Of a stretch of 64,000 nt of DNA, positions 46,742-58,100 are shown piece after piece. Made by a program: the position numbers and the translations under genes. How positions within the stretch are numbered: the stretch's first letter is position 1; every line of letters starts with the position of its first letter. The notes beneath the pieces are model-generated. The model did no database searches and had not been told where the DNA came from. It saw only the letters and a list, made by a program, of their open reading frames with translations. This DNA is from an uncultured virus (IMG/VR IMGVR_UViG_3300027769_000001) (lineage: Duplodnaviria > Heunggongvirae > Uroviricota > Caudoviricetes), in IMG/VR virus record IMGVR_UViG_3300027769_000001. One strand, given 5' to 3'.

Positions 46742-47761
46742 ATGGCCGACTATGCCATCGGGCTCTCGTTCCACAAAGCTCACCGGACCCTAGTCCGCGC
46801 CGTGGATCTGACCCCTCCCTGCCGCTACTTCGCCACCCGCGACAGCGCAGGCATGATCACGCTGCCCACCCTCGACACAGGCTCTGTCTATGTCGAGATG
46901 CAGGGTATCACCAACACCACCTTCGCCATCAACGACAACAACCAGGAGTTCCGCCTCCTGGGTGACGACGGCTGGGGCGACTCGGTGATCACCGGCGCCA
47001 CCGTGCAAGCCTCGGTAACCGCCTACTTCCTTAAGAACACCGAGCTGCCTGCTGGCCGCGAGTGCCCCCAGTTCGTCGGAAACTACGACGAGGGTTTCTC
47101 CCTCATCGAAAAAGCCCGCTACAACAAGGATTACGAAATCTACGTCGAATTCCTCAAGGAGCTCGGCCAAACAGGCGGCACCACCGGCAACTTCGTGTAT
47201 GACTTCACCGGCTTCAACGCCGTTGTGATGAATTACAACGAAAATCTGACAGCCGAAGGCCTCACCGAGGTCTCCTTCGACCTGATGTCCCGCGGTCGCC
47301 CGATCTTCGGTCGCTACGACTCCGGTTCCACCGGTCTGTCCTTCGGCGGCGTCCAGTCCAGCCTCCTGTTCACCGCAGCAGGCTCGGGTACCCGCCGTTA
47401 CGCCACGCTTCCCGCCGCCAACGCGGACTCGGTCGCTGTGGGCAACAACATCACGGTCACCTACACCAGCGATGGCACCGCTGCCCTGGCCCAACTGTCC
47501 CTCGGCCAGACTGACGGTGGTGGTTTCCGCCTCGAAGTGGCATCCACCGGTGCGCGCGTTCCTGCCACCGTCACCCTGGGTGGCGTCGGCACCAACGTGG
47601 TCACCATCAACCCCGACGCCAACCTGACTGCTGCAACCATCTACCGCCTTGTGGTGGCTGACGGTGCCATTAAGCAGGCTCTCGACGGCAGTGGCGCCCC
47701 TTCCGCCACCGGCGTCCGGTTCCCCATGCAGGGCTTCCAATCGCTCTTTAAGACAGCCTGA
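46742..47761 (+). CDS. Major tail tube protein with C-terminal Ig-like domain
   Basis: AAGGAG RBS; VSFDLMSRG tube motif; VVTINP..NL..ATIYRLVV Ig-like; terminator downstream. Confidence 0.8.
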   Translation: MADYAIGLSFHKAHRTLVRAVDLTPPCRYFATRDSAGMITLPTLDTGSVYVEMQGITNTTFAINDNNQEFRLLGDDGWGDSVITGATVQASVTAYFLKNTELPAGRECPQFVGNYDEGFSLIEKARYNKDYEIYVEFLKELGQTGGTTGNFVYDFTGFNAVVMNYNENLTAEGLTEVSFDLMSRGRPIFGRYDSGSTGLSFGGVQSSLLFTAAGSGTRRYATLPAANADSVAVGNNITVTYTSDGTAALAQLSLGQTDGGGFRLEVASTGARVPATVTLGGVGTNVVTINPDANLTAATIYRLVVADGAIKQALDGSGAPSATGVRFPMQGFQSLFKTA

Positions 47762-47792
47762 CCGTCAGACTGACAAGGAGCCAACATTCCCG

Positions 47793-47815
47793 GCCCCGCT
47801 CTGCGGGGCTTTTTT
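47793..47815 (+). terminator. Intrinsic terminator
   Basis: GCCCCGC-TCT-GCGGGGC followed by T6. Confidence 0.85.
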
Positions 47816-47821
47816 GTAGCC

Positions 47822-48055
47822 ATGCAGCACGACATCTTGATGGACGCAGCCCACATGATCTACGCCATCAATTGCCGAGTAGAAGACGCCACCCTTCACT
47901 GCGGCGCCTTGTACTTGGAACCCCTGATCCCCTTCGAGTCTATCCGCTTAGCGTATGACGATGCTAGCGTGACAGTTGAACTACCCCACGAGCTCGTCAA
48001 CCAAGCCGAGCCCTTCCGTCTCTGGTCCGTCGAACTCCCTATTGCTGATGTCTAA
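47822..48055 (+). CDS. Hypothetical protein
   Basis: 77-aa ORF in tail operon. Confidence 0.55.
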   Translation: MQHDILMDAAHMIYAINCRVEDATLHCGALYLEPLIPFESIRLAYDDASVTVELPHELVNQAEPFRLWSVELPIADV

Positions 48056-48587
48056 GTACGCTTCGCTGCTATTTTCCCCCGAGGACTACCACCAAATCGG
48101 GCCTTTTCGCTTTCCCATCTACCACGACCTCGTGCCTGGTGAAGCTAAAGGCATTGAAGGCATCAGCCGCAAACAAGCCAAATCGACGTTTCGCTCCATC
48201 AAACTGGCGCAACGCATCGCCAAGGACCGGGGGATCTCGACCAAGGAAGCCCTCGATATTCTCGGCAACCAGAGCGAAGACACCCAGGATCTGCTCCTCG
48301 ACTACGCCACCGAGCTCGAAGAACTACAGCGTGATGCTGTCGGCGCCGTCGAGCAGCAGATTGGCTTCGTGACTTTGTTCATGCGCTACCGCGCCGAGGC
48401 CAAGCTGCCCAAAGGCAAGGACTGGCAGAAGCTCGAGGACTGGACCGAGGCCGACACCGAAGCCATCCCAACCAAGCTCATGGAGGAAGTATTCCAGCTC
48501 ATCATCTGGGAGCGTGACGGCTGGCCGACCGCGGAGGGAAACGAGGAGGAGGAACAGGAGTTCCACCTACCCCCGAGCAAACCCTGA
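48048..48587 (+). CDS. Tail assembly chaperone (gpG-like)
   Basis: Between tube and tape measure genes; slippery GGGAAAC at 48536-48542. Confidence 0.8.
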   Translation: MSKYASLLFSPEDYHQIGPFRFPIYHDLVPGEAKGIEGISRKQAKSTFRSIKLAQRIAKDRGISTKEALDILGNQSEDTQDLLLDYATELEELQRDAVGAVEQQIGFVTLFMRYRAEAKLPKGKDWQKLEDWTEADTEAIPTKLMEEVFQLIIWERDGWPTAEGNEEEEQEFHLPPSKP

Positions 48588-49012
48588 AGGACGCGGAAGC
48601 TACGCTTCGCGCTCCCCTTACGGACTGGGACGCTATCTACTTCCGAGTGCGGGCCTCACCCGTTGGCGGCGACTTCACACCCACGCGCTTCGTCCGCACT
48701 CCCATCAGCACCATACGCTGGCTATTGCGCCAGATCGACGACGAAGATCGCGCTCGGCTGAACATGCAGAGCATGACCACCGCAAAGCTAAATGCGCTCC
48801 TAGTGCAGATCGCTCACGGCTTTTCTGGCTCCAAGCGTCCCGCGCCTAAGACCACACCGCGCGCCTTCCTGCCCTTCCCCGACTGGACCCCAACCACAAC
48901 TCCCACTGACGGCCCCGACGCACCTACCAAGTTCATCCTCACCGAGCTCGTGCGCACGCGCTGCATTCCGCTGCATGTCTACGCCGCTCTGGCGACCGGA
49001 ACCACCGAGTAG
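48542..49012 (+). CDS. Tail assembly chaperone -1 frameshift extension (gpGT-like)
   Basis: -1 frame is open from the slippery site to 49012. Confidence 0.75.
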   Translation, partial: RGGGTGVPPTPEQTLKDAEATLRAPLTDWDAIYFRVRASPVGGDFTPTRFVRTPISTIRWLLRQIDDEDRARLNMQSMTTAKLNALLVQIAHGFSGSKRPAPKTTPRAFLPFPDWTPTTTPTDGPDAPTKFILTELVRTRCIPLHVYAALATGTTE

Positions 49013-49042
49013 CCTTAACATACGAGTAGCGCATAGCGGGCT

Positions 49043-52000
49043 GTGTCAGATTTTCGGCTCAAGGTAATAGCTGAGACTCAGGCCGCCGAAAGCAGTCTGA
49101 AGCAGGTAGATAAGGTTGCGACAGAAGCTACTAGAGATCGTAACCTAAAGATTGAAATACCTAATTATTCAGATCTAAGCAAGAATTTCAAAGACTTAAA
49201 TAAAGACGTAAGCAGCGCAGCTAACGGCATAAAAGATTTCTACAAAGTAGCATCAAAGCTACCTGTAGGCCCTATAAATGACATAAACCAGCTAGCAGGG
49301 AATCTCAAAAGAGTTGCTGTTTCCGCTACAGAAACCGGTCGCAACGTAGGGGACGCTGGTGACATTATTAAATCAACGTTCAGTGCGACAAATAAAGCCG
49401 CCGAAACACTGGTTGCGCGCTTAACAAAGATCGCACTCAGCCTGTACGTAATCAAAGAAGCCGCAGGCTTGGTACAGGGCGCCTTCGGCGGGTTGTTCAA
49501 CGAGACCATCGGCCGCGAGATCAAGCTCCGCGAAACGATCCTCAAGACCCAAACCACCCTCGCTTCAACCAACAAGGTCTTCCGCAACGGCACGGAGATC
49601 ACCGACCCGTACCAAAAGATTGTTGCCCTCACCGGCGCCGTCCGCAAGAATATCGACTCCATCCGAGAACGGTCGATCGCCCTAGCTGGCGTCACCTCCG
49701 GTGAAGTCATCGAAGTCTTCGGCATGGTCGCCTCTCAGGTTGGCCAGATCGGTGGTGGCCTCAAGGAAGCGGAAGACCTGGCGATCAACTTCGCCGCCGC
49801 GCTCGGTACCTTCGGCATCCCCCTCTACCAGGCTCGGCAGGAAATCGGCTCCATCCTGCGCGGAGACATCACCACCGACTCGTACCTCGCCAAAGCGCTG
49901 GGTATTAGGAACGAGGACATCGCCAAGGCCAAGACCGCGACCGGTGGTGTTGTTAAGTTTCTTGAAGAGCGCCTAGCTGCTGCCGTCGCCGGCCAACGCA
50001 TCGCCTCCGAAGGCTTCTCCGGCGTCGTCTCGAACATCAAGGATCTTAGCGAGCTCGTAAGTCAGAACTTCGGCGCAGGCTTACTAGATCCGTTGCTTGA
50101 TAGCTTAACCAGTGTTTTTAATTTTTTATTTAGTATCCGAAACGAACTATTTGAAATATCAAAGCTAGCTGGAAAAACTATTGGCACGATCGCCGACACG
50201 GCCATAAAGCTGATAGGTGGAGCTACGGGCGGAGCAAGACAAACTCGGCTGGAGGGCGGTGCAGTCAGAGGGCGGACAGGAGGTGAAACTCCCCTGACCA
50301 GCAAAGTAACAAGTGATTTTGGAGCAGATGACGCGCTTAATGCAGCGAAGGCTACGGTCAACTATGTAAAAGTCGAAGTCAGTAAAGCTTTTTCAACTGT
50401 CTACTTACAGATAAGCACGCTGCTCGAGCGCGTTTCTTCTGCGTTTCTGGCCGTAGGCGGCGGCTTAGCCATGCTGGCCAAGGGACTGTTGAGTATAAAG
50501 CTAGAAACATTTAAGGCACTAATAGGAGCAGTAGAGTCAATATCTCCCGCGCTACTGGTTGCAGCTAAGGGCTTAGGGTTTTTCTTAGGCCTATGGGGCA
50601 AGTTCATGGAACTGCCTCTGGTACAGGAGTTAGCCCAGATTGGCATAGGGATGCGTGCGCTTCAAGCAACCGGGGTGACACAGTTAATACAGTCGGGTTT
50701 TGCGCTAAAGTTCGTATTCGACAACTTTAGTAAAGCGCTTGCATTTGTAAAATCACAGTTTGCACTTTTACGTCCAATTATTGGCAGTGTAATCTTGTAC
50801 ATAGGCCAACTAATATCTAATATAGGTAGAGCGGCAATCGCGGCAGCTACGGCATGGGCCCCAGGTAGTAAAGCTCTGCAAGCATTAAGAACTGAGATAT
50901 TATTAGTAGCCGAACAATTTGAATCTGTTGGTAATGCTGCGCAGCGCGCGGGCGACAAAACAGGAGGATTCGGTCAAAACATCGAAAAAGTAGGAGGAGG
51001 AATAGTAGGCTTGATAGCTGGCATGATTAAGTTTCAACTAATCATGTTTGCCATCACTGCGATTTTAAGCACAGCGATGGAGCGGTTTTCCGCATACAAA
51101 GAATCCCAAGACAAAATAGCCAGTGACAAACGCGCTCAAGAAGCCGTTCGCAGACTTGCAACTACTTATAAAGACTTAGGCGAAAATGCGACTGAAGCGC
51201 AGAAAAGAGCAAAAGCATTTGAGCAATCTCTAGTTAATCAAGAATACGATAAGGCAGTAGATGGTCTAGAAAAAATCAAGAAAAAACTGGAAGAAGTACG
51301 CGACGCATTTGGGCCAAAAGAAGGATTTGGAGCTAATCTTAAAAAAGGTATAGACAACATATTAGCCACTTTTAATCCCGCAAACATAGATATACTTGGA
51401 AAGCAATTACGAGGTGATTATGCAGGAACGGATATTGATAGCTTTGGTGAAGCTATTGAGCGCCGCACATTAGATCAACGAAAAGCCGCTGAAGCCGAAG
51501 TAGCTAAGTACGCAAAAGAAGTCGACAAGCTTGCCGGCGAAGATAACATCAAACTCCAGGCCCAAAAGCGCGCCGACCTATCCAAAGAGATCGCCGAGCT
51601 CGAGCGCCAGCAACAGAACGACCTCTTCCAACAGCGCCAGAGCCTCGCCCAAAAGGAAGTCGACATCTTCCGCGCCGCAGGCGAGCTCCGCATCTACCAG
51701 ATGGAGCAGGCCAACGCCAAGCTCATCGAAGGCGAACAAGGCGCCTCCCGTGCCGCTCTCGAGGCTCTCAACACCTATCTGTCGGTGCGCGAGAACGGCG
51801 AACTCGATATTGAAGCTGAAAAGAAAACGCTTGCGATTGAGGTGGTTAACCTCGAAAAAACAATCGCCGACTACCGTTTCGAGAACGAGAAGAAGATCGC
51901 CGAGATCCGCAAACGCGCCGGCGAAAACGAAATGGCCATGGCCGACGCTCGCCGTCAGGCAGAAGGGCAAGGCCCGCGCGTAGCTGGTGGGGGCGCATTC

Positions 52001-54307
52001 GACACAGGCTTGCGCACTGGTCCTGCTCCTGTCATCGGGGGTAGCGCCGATTATCACCAAGATCTGTCGTTCGGTCCTGGTGTAGACCTGCGTCAACAGC
52101 GCGAGTTAATGGTGCAGTTGGCTCAGGCCTACGATGATATGGGACGCAAGATCGTACTGAGTAATGCAGGAGTAGCAGGTAAAGAGTTCCCGCTTAAAGG
52201 CACCGCTCAACAACAGAATGAATTTATCCTGAGCGCGCAGGCCGCGCACCGTAATCGAAAAGGTGGTGGACGTACTGCAATTGATTTCTACGCACCTACT
52301 AAAACTGATCCTAAAGGTAGGTTTGGCAGTTCTGTTGTAAACCAAGCAATGCTCGCCCCCACTGTCGCGGGCGGCAAAACAAATTATTTTGCAGGTGGAG
52401 CAGGGGGTGCAGGTTTAGAGATAACTAAAGAAGGTGCGAGCATTCTTAAGTTAATCCACGGACGTACAGATATTCCTCTCCCCTCAGGGGGCAGCATTCC
52501 TGGCGTTTCTACCGCTGCAACTCCCCAGCCCAAACTTAAATCGCTCGATGACATAGGCGCTCCCAGCATCTCCAAATACGCCGAGTCGATTCGCAACCTC
52601 GGTAGTTCTATGGAGCGCTTCCGGGCCCTGCAGGCTGATCTGACCAACGCTCGCACGGTCTCCGCCTTCGGAAAAATTGCTGAAGCCGCTATACCCACGA
52701 TCAATCTCGAGCAATACCGAGACCAGCTGATCGAATCCAATACGGCAATGGAAGCCCTGGCCAAAACTTCCGGTCAGGCATACGACCCTGAAGCTCTCCA
52801 GATTTCAATTGATCAAATTACCAGACGTAAAATTCAAGAAGAAGAGATAGCTGAAATTCTTAAAGATGCCAATGATAAGCGCAATAAAGGCCTTATCACA
52901 GATAAGGAACTTCAGCAAGTCAAAGACGACATTGCTAAGCGCCAACGAAAAAATATCGAAGATACTGCAACTGAAGCCAAACTGCGTAAACAAATTCTTG
53001 ACAGCGCTCGCCAACAGAACGCTATCGAAGCTTTGCGAAAAGATACCGCCGCTATTCCGTTTGAGCTACAGCGCGCCCAGCTTCAAGCTCGGGGCTCAAT
53101 GGCTCAGGCTTTCTTCGGCGACGACCCGCGCCAGCAGCGCAACCTAGACGCTGAGATGCGCATAGCTGAGCGCCGCATTCAGCTCGAACAAGACAACACC
53201 AAGACCAATGAGCAGGTTCGCACCGAGCTCGAACTATTCGCTACTGGAGTGCGCAGCGCAGCCACCGTACTCGGTGACCTAGATATTGCTGTTAGAGATT
53301 TTCAACGCAATATGTCACTCATTCGCGATAGTGCCCGCACCTTTACTGAAGGCTACAAAGGCTTCTTCAAGAGCATTCTTACTGGAGGCGACATCACCGA
53401 AGCCCTCAACTCCATGCTTAGTAATGTCGCTGACCGCTTCCTGAACATGGCGCTCGACGCAGCCTTCGCTCCTCTCGAGAAAATTATGGAGCAAAGCTTC
53501 AAAGACCTGTTCGGTGTAGAAGACCCCATGGTTGCTGTCCAGACCGCAAACACCACCGCTACTGCTGCAAACACCACAGCTACTGACGCTCTAACTGCAG
53601 CCCTACAAGTTTCCGCTCCCGGCGCTTCTACCGGAGGAGCTGGTGCAGCCGCTGCGGGTGTTGTAGATGCATCCGGAGCGCAAGCCTCGGCTGCCGAAGA
53701 CGCAGCGAGCGCTACCAATGCGCAAGCCAACGCCACAGAGAAATCCACTAAAGCAGCAAAAGACGCTGACTCCGGACTCACTAAGTTTCAGAAAGCTCTT
53801 AGTGGCGTTATGGGTGCTGCCACGGGCGCTGCCACCATCGTCGCCAGCATCGACTCCATGAAAGGCGGAGGAACTTACGAAGTCTTAATGGGTCTGGCTG
53901 GCATATTTAGTGGCATTGGCTCTATCGCCGGTGGATTCGCCGCCCTAGGCAAAAAGGCCGTCGGTGGTCCCATCGCGTCCAACCGTCCCTACCTCGTGGG
54001 TGAGAAAGGTCCAGAACTCATCGTTCCGCAATCCAACGGAACTGTCATCCCTAACAACTACCTTATCGGTAACAATTCTCAACTACCTACACCGAGCTAC
54101 GTTCGCCAGACTCCTGGTAGTGAAGGCGCAACCGCAATGGCGTCTCGACTTGAATTCAGCTACGACAGCACGGTCATAAACAACGTCGAGTATGTAACAG
54201 CAGACCAATTCCAGCGGGGCATGCGAGACTCTGCCGAGCGCGGCCGTTCTTTGGCCCTCGCATCCCTGAAAAACTCGATCAAAGCTCGTCGCCAAGTGGG
54301 TATTTAA
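49043..54307 (+). CDS. Tape measure protein
   Basis: 1754 aa, helical and Ala-rich with hydrophobic stretches; C-terminal AVGGPI..NRPYLVGEKGPELIVP. Confidence 0.92.
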   Translation: MSDFRLKVIAETQAAESSLKQVDKVATEATRDRNLKIEIPNYSDLSKNFKDLNKDVSSAANGIKDFYKVASKLPVGPINDINQLAGNLKRVAVSATETGRNVGDAGDIIKSTFSATNKAAETLVARLTKIALSLYVIKEAAGLVQGAFGGLFNETIGREIKLRETILKTQTTLASTNKVFRNGTEITDPYQKIVALTGAVRKNIDSIRERSIALAGVTSGEVIEVFGMVASQVGQIGGGLKEAEDLAINFAAALGTFGIPLYQARQEIGSILRGDITTDSYLAKALGIRNEDIAKAKTATGGVVKFLEERLAAAVAGQRIASEGFSGVVSNIKDLSELVSQNFGAGLLDPLLDSLTSVFNFLFSIRNELFEISKLAGKTIGTIADTAIKLIGGATGGARQTRLEGGAVRGRTGGETPLTSKVTSDFGADDALNAAKATVNYVKVEVSKAFSTVYLQISTLLERVSSAFLAVGGGLAMLAKGLLSIKLETFKALIGAVESISPALLVAAKGLGFFLGLWGKFMELPLVQELAQIGIGMRALQATGVTQLIQSGFALKFVFDNFSKALAFVKSQFALLRPIIGSVILYIGQLISNIGRAAIAAATAWAPGSKALQALRTEILLVAEQFESVGNAAQRAGDKTGGFGQNIEKVGGGIVGLIAGMIKFQLIMFAITAILSTAMERFSAYKESQDKIASDKRAQEAVRRLATTYKDLGENATEAQKRAKAFEQSLVNQEYDKAVDGLEKIKKKLEEVRDAFGPKEGFGANLKKGIDNILATFNPANIDILGKQLRGDYAGTDIDSFGEAIERRTLDQRKAAEAEVAKYAKEVDKLAGEDNIKLQAQKRADLSKEIAELERQQQNDLFQQRQSLAQKEVDIFRAAGELRIYQMEQANAKLIEGEQGASRAALEALNTYLSVRENGELDIEAEKKTLAIEVVNLEKTIADYRFENEKKIAEIRKRAGENEMAMADARRQAEGQGPRVAGGGAFDTGLRTGPAPVIGGSADYHQDLSFGPGVDLRQQRELMVQLAQAYDDMGRKIVLSNAGVAGKEFPLKGTAQQQNEFILSAQAAHRNRKGGGRTAIDFYAPTKTDPKGRFGSSVVNQAMLAPTVAGGKTNYFAGGAGGAGLEITKEGASILKLIHGRTDIPLPSGGSIPGVSTAATPQPKLKSLDDIGAPSISKYAESIRNLGSSMERFRALQADLTNARTVSAFGKIAEAAIPTINLEQYRDQLIESNTAMEALAKTSGQAYDPEALQISIDQITRRKIQEEEIAEILKDANDKRNKGLITDKELQQVKDDIAKRQRKNIEDTATEAKLRKQILDSARQQNAIEALRKDTAAIPFELQRAQLQARGSMAQAFFGDDPRQQRNLDAEMRIAERRIQLEQDNTKTNEQVRTELELFATGVRSAATVLGDLDIAVRDFQRNMSLIRDSARTFTEGYKGFFKSILTGGDITEALNSMLSNVADRFLNMALDAAFAPLEKIMEQSFKDLFGVEDPMVAVQTANTTATAANTTATDALTAALQVSAPGASTGGAGAAAAGVVDASGAQASAAEDAASATNAQANATEKSTKAAKDADSGLTKFQKALSGVMGAATGAATIVASIDSMKGGGTYEVLMGLAGIFSGIGSIAGGFAALGKKAVGGPIASNRPYLVGEKGPELIVPQSNGTVIPNNYLIGNNSQLPTPSYVRQTPGSEGATAMASRLEFSYDSTVINNVEYVTADQFQRGMRDSAERGRSLALASLKNSIKARRQVGI

Positions 54308-54309
54308 CT

Positions 54310-54783
54310 ATGGCCATAGCCGTCTGTAACTATATCCGATTCAAAAGCTCTACGGGCCAATACGTCGACGGCTACAACTTTCAAAACTTTTTTGTAGGTC
54401 AAACTAAAGAGCGTGACGGTGTCAGTTTTTTATTCGCCCCCTTCGGTGTAACCCCCGGGGCCGGTACCAAAGGCGGAGACCGTAGTGACTCAGCTGTGGT
54501 AGCGCCTGCCACTCCTATAGTCATAAACTTATTCACAGAGGCCACATTTAATGAATGGCTTTGCGAAATAAAGATGGTGCTGCTCGATCCAGAAACGTAT
54601 GAAGAACAAATTCAGGTCACTAATGAAACCTGGAAATGCTCAAGACCGGAGATCAACGTAGAGCGTGCCGTCCTACGTCTGGCTTCGCCGCTCGACGCCG
54701 TCGATAGACAGGTTCCCAGGAGAACGCTAAGCAGCGTGCTCGTGGGCAGCCTGCCTTCCACCGGAACCCTTTCGGTCTCATGA
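54310..54783 (+). CDS. Minor tail protein (lambda L-like)
   Basis: Follows tape measure; L.LASPLDAV..QVPRR. Confidence 0.6.
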   Translation: MAIAVCNYIRFKSSTGQYVDGYNFQNFFVGQTKERDGVSFLFAPFGVTPGAGTKGGDRSDSAVVAPATPIVINLFTEATFNEWLCEIKMVLLDPETYEEQIQVTNETWKCSRPEINVERAVLRLASPLDAVDRQVPRRTLSSVLVGSLPSTGTLSVS

Positions 54784-55169
54784 GCCCCTCTAAGCCCTGG
54801 ATGAAGTACATCGGCCTGCCCTACCGGATGGGTGCCGACCCCGAGAGCGGCAAAGCTACTGACTGCATCCGCCTAGTCCTACGGGTCCTCAAGGACGCCG
54901 GCCTCAACCCCCCATCAATCGAAAAGAAATGGTATAGGTTGCTCGCTCAGCAGGACATCAGCGCCATTCGGACTGACTGGTTGTCACTGACCGAGCAGAC
55001 CCAAGGACCCGAGGAGTACGCCATGGCACTCCTGCCGAACGAAGGTGACTTCGCCATAGCTGTTGTTGTCGATAATGGAATTCTAACTGTTCGCGCTAAT
55101 GTGGGTGTTGTGTGGGTGCCCATAAGCAGCTTGCACCCACTAAACTATCGACGCTTAAAACATGTCTGA
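54780..55169 (+). CDS. NlpC/P60-like tail tip protein (lambda K-like)
   Basis: YIGLPYRMGADP...TDCI.LV. Confidence 0.7.
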   Translation: MSPSKPWMKYIGLPYRMGADPESGKATDCIRLVLRVLKDAGLNPPSIEKKWYRLLAQQDISAIRTDWLSLTEQTQGPEEYAMALLPNEGDFAIAVVVDNGILTVRANVGVVWVPISSLHPLNYRRLKHV

Positions 55170-58100
55170 ACATCCGCTGCTTCCGTCGGACCGTTACATC
55201 GCTGATCTGTTAGGGCTAACAGACGATCAGTACCGGTATTACTTGGCAGAGGTGCGACGACGTGCGATGTCGGAGCCCAGGCCCAGTGTTGTGGCCGAAG
55301 TCACTACAACTTTGGCCACCATCGCTGTTATCTCTTCGATCCTATCTCTCGGATTGACGATTGCAGCATCGTTTTTCAAACCCAAACCGCAACGGCAATC
55401 GGCAAGACTGCAGCAGAACCAAACTCAAGGCGCAACCATCAACAATGTCCGCCGCTTTGCACCGCGGCAGGGCTTTGATTCAGTCCAAGATGTCGCCACC
55501 ATCGGCGACGTAATCCCACTGATCTACGCCTGCAGAGAGCAGATCGCCGGTCAGTTCTACGGCGGCATCCGCATCAATACCCCGCTGATCTGGAGCCAAA
55601 TCACCGCCCTCGACAAAAGCCAGCTCCTTCGCGCTTTATTTCTGATCGGAGAGGGGACTCCCACCCTCGAGATCGAACCGAGCAACATCGCCATCGGCAA
55701 CAACACCCTCGGCTCCTATCTACTCGGGAACACCGAAAACTCCCGTTTTACCGCCTACTACCGACCTGACGGAGGGCGCGTCACCGCGAATGATCGCATC
55801 CTTGGAACGTCCAACGACCCAGGAAGCCTCATCCCCGAGGACGTTTATGCCGTACGGGACCAAAACGGCATCCCAGCCAGCAACTTCTCTCACGCTCGCC
55901 GACCTAGCACCCAGACCCAGTTCGGGGTCTACACCCTGATTGGTAACGGCTTCGGCTTTCGCATGAACCCAAACATGCGTCCGGGCGTGAATGCCCAAAT
56001 CACTGTGGACGTGATAGGCAAGAAGAAGAAAGCAAAGGCACAAGGTCGTGTCGTATGCGAGCCCGACTATGTGTCCCTAGCACAGCGCGAAAAGCTAAAA
56101 GCTAAGTTCTCGGGGCGCTCCGGGTTGATCACTCAGGTTGGTAACACCTGGACTTATCACCTGTCTAATACAACAGATGCTGAAACTGTATTTACAGCTG
56201 GCATTGTCGTAGCTCCTTGGACCACTAGCTACGAGGTATCGGACAATCCGTTTACAACAGCTACCGATGCAGTACTCAACACCTGGCTAACCATAGGATC
56301 CGTTGTAGCCACAAGTACCACCGTCTCTGCTCTCGTCACTCTTAATACAACTGCCGTAGTAGCAGGCTTAGCAACTGAACCAGATGGTGTATACATCGTA
56401 AACTACAACATCTTCTTTATTCGCGACAGCAAAAATATATACGCAGAGCATATCATCAGCATCACCAAGACTACTACACCCAGTACTCCACCTAATCCTC
56501 CTGTAGTGACATACAGCTACACAAACTCTGTAGCTACAGTCACGGTTCCCGTGAACGAACGCTTAGAGATTCACCAGGAACGCTCCGGTGATGCAGCTAA
56601 TGCAGTAGCAGGTCGTCAGAAAACGTGGGATGACAGCCTCCAAGTGGGTGAACTAATCAAGCTCGGATCTGCCCTGGCGCTCTGCACCGAACGCACCCCG
56701 TCCAATCTCAGCTTCAACAGCGACGCAGACTTCGAGCCCGTTGTTCCCAGCAAAGGCAACGCTATTGACGTTACCTTGGAGGTTATCCGCACAGGCAGCG
56801 CGCAAACCATACCTTTGGCTGACCTAGTTAAAGACGCTTTATCCAACCCAGCCTTTTATACCGCAACTAACTTCCCTCAACTGTTTCGTATTGCTATTGC
56901 CAACTTTTCTACACTACGTGAATGTCGGATCGTAGAAGTCTGCATCAAAAGTGCTTTGGGTATTCGCATAAGTGGTCTTTGTAACTTTCGCGACACCTTA
57001 ACGTATCAACAAATTGATGCTAGAGCTTGTTACGACAAAGAAGGCAGTGTCATTCCTCCCGGTGACTACCTTACGGTTGACATCTTCAACAGTGGTCAGA
57101 TGAACTCATCGGAAGAGCGTTTTTCGTTTTTCCGTATCCGGTATCGCGAGTCCGGCACCGAGGCCGCGTTCACAGAGCTCGCTCCCTGCTTCGGCGTTAG
57201 GGGCATTACCCAGCAGCAGGTCTTCAATGACTTCCGCATCGTGATGCCAGCCGTGAAACGCTGGGAGTTCCAGATCGAGCCCCTCAGTGGCTGGGAGATT
57301 CGTTCAGGCAGCGCCACTGGCGATCTTGAGCTCATTGATTCCAGCCTGACTACTGAGCGCACCATCACGACCAACGGCGTCACCATCACCTTCAAAGGCC
57401 TGGTTTCCGAGGCCGGACCCTTCATCCCCGAAGGTCTGCGCAGCGCACTTGGTCCCGAAAAGTTCCTTCTCTCCAGTGGGCAGCGGGGCGATAACGGTGA
57501 AATTGGCATCGGCTACAGCGATGGCAGCTCGTACCTCGACGCCTGGGGCAAGCTCGCCGAGGCTTTCGTTTACGAAGAAGTGCGAACCACTGCTGAATCC
57601 AGCCCCGAGCACGAAATCGTCAACGTCAACGAAATCCTGCCTAACGCCATCACGCCTGAGTACACGAACCTGGCTCTGCTCGGTTTCAACGTCCGCTCTG
57701 GCCCTGAATGGCAGCAATTCGGCCAGATTTCTGTGTATGTACTAAAAGGTCTAGCCGGAGGTACCCATCTCTTTCCTGAGATCCTCTTGGATCTACTGAC
57801 AAACACCCGATACGGAAAGGGCGATCAGATTACCACCGAATTGATCGACCTCGAGAGCTTCGCATTGGCCACCACATGGTGCCGCGAACGACGGCTGTTC
57901 TTCGACGGTGCCATCGTCGGACGAACCAACTTGCGGCAGTGGGCGGCGGATGTCGCCGCTGCTCACCTCTGTTTGTTTGGAGAGAGCGCCGGCAAGTTCT
58001 GGCTTCGTCCTGCTTGGCCCGGCACCGTAGCCAACCCAGAGCCCGCCCCTATCAAAGGCATCTTTACCGCCGGAAACATCCTTGAAAACTCGTTCGCCCT

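Noticed and set aside
42697..47740. Long antisense ORFs (42697..43614, 43839..44771, 45728..46783, 46790..47740)
   Set aside because: Shadows of strongly codon-biased plus-strand structural genes
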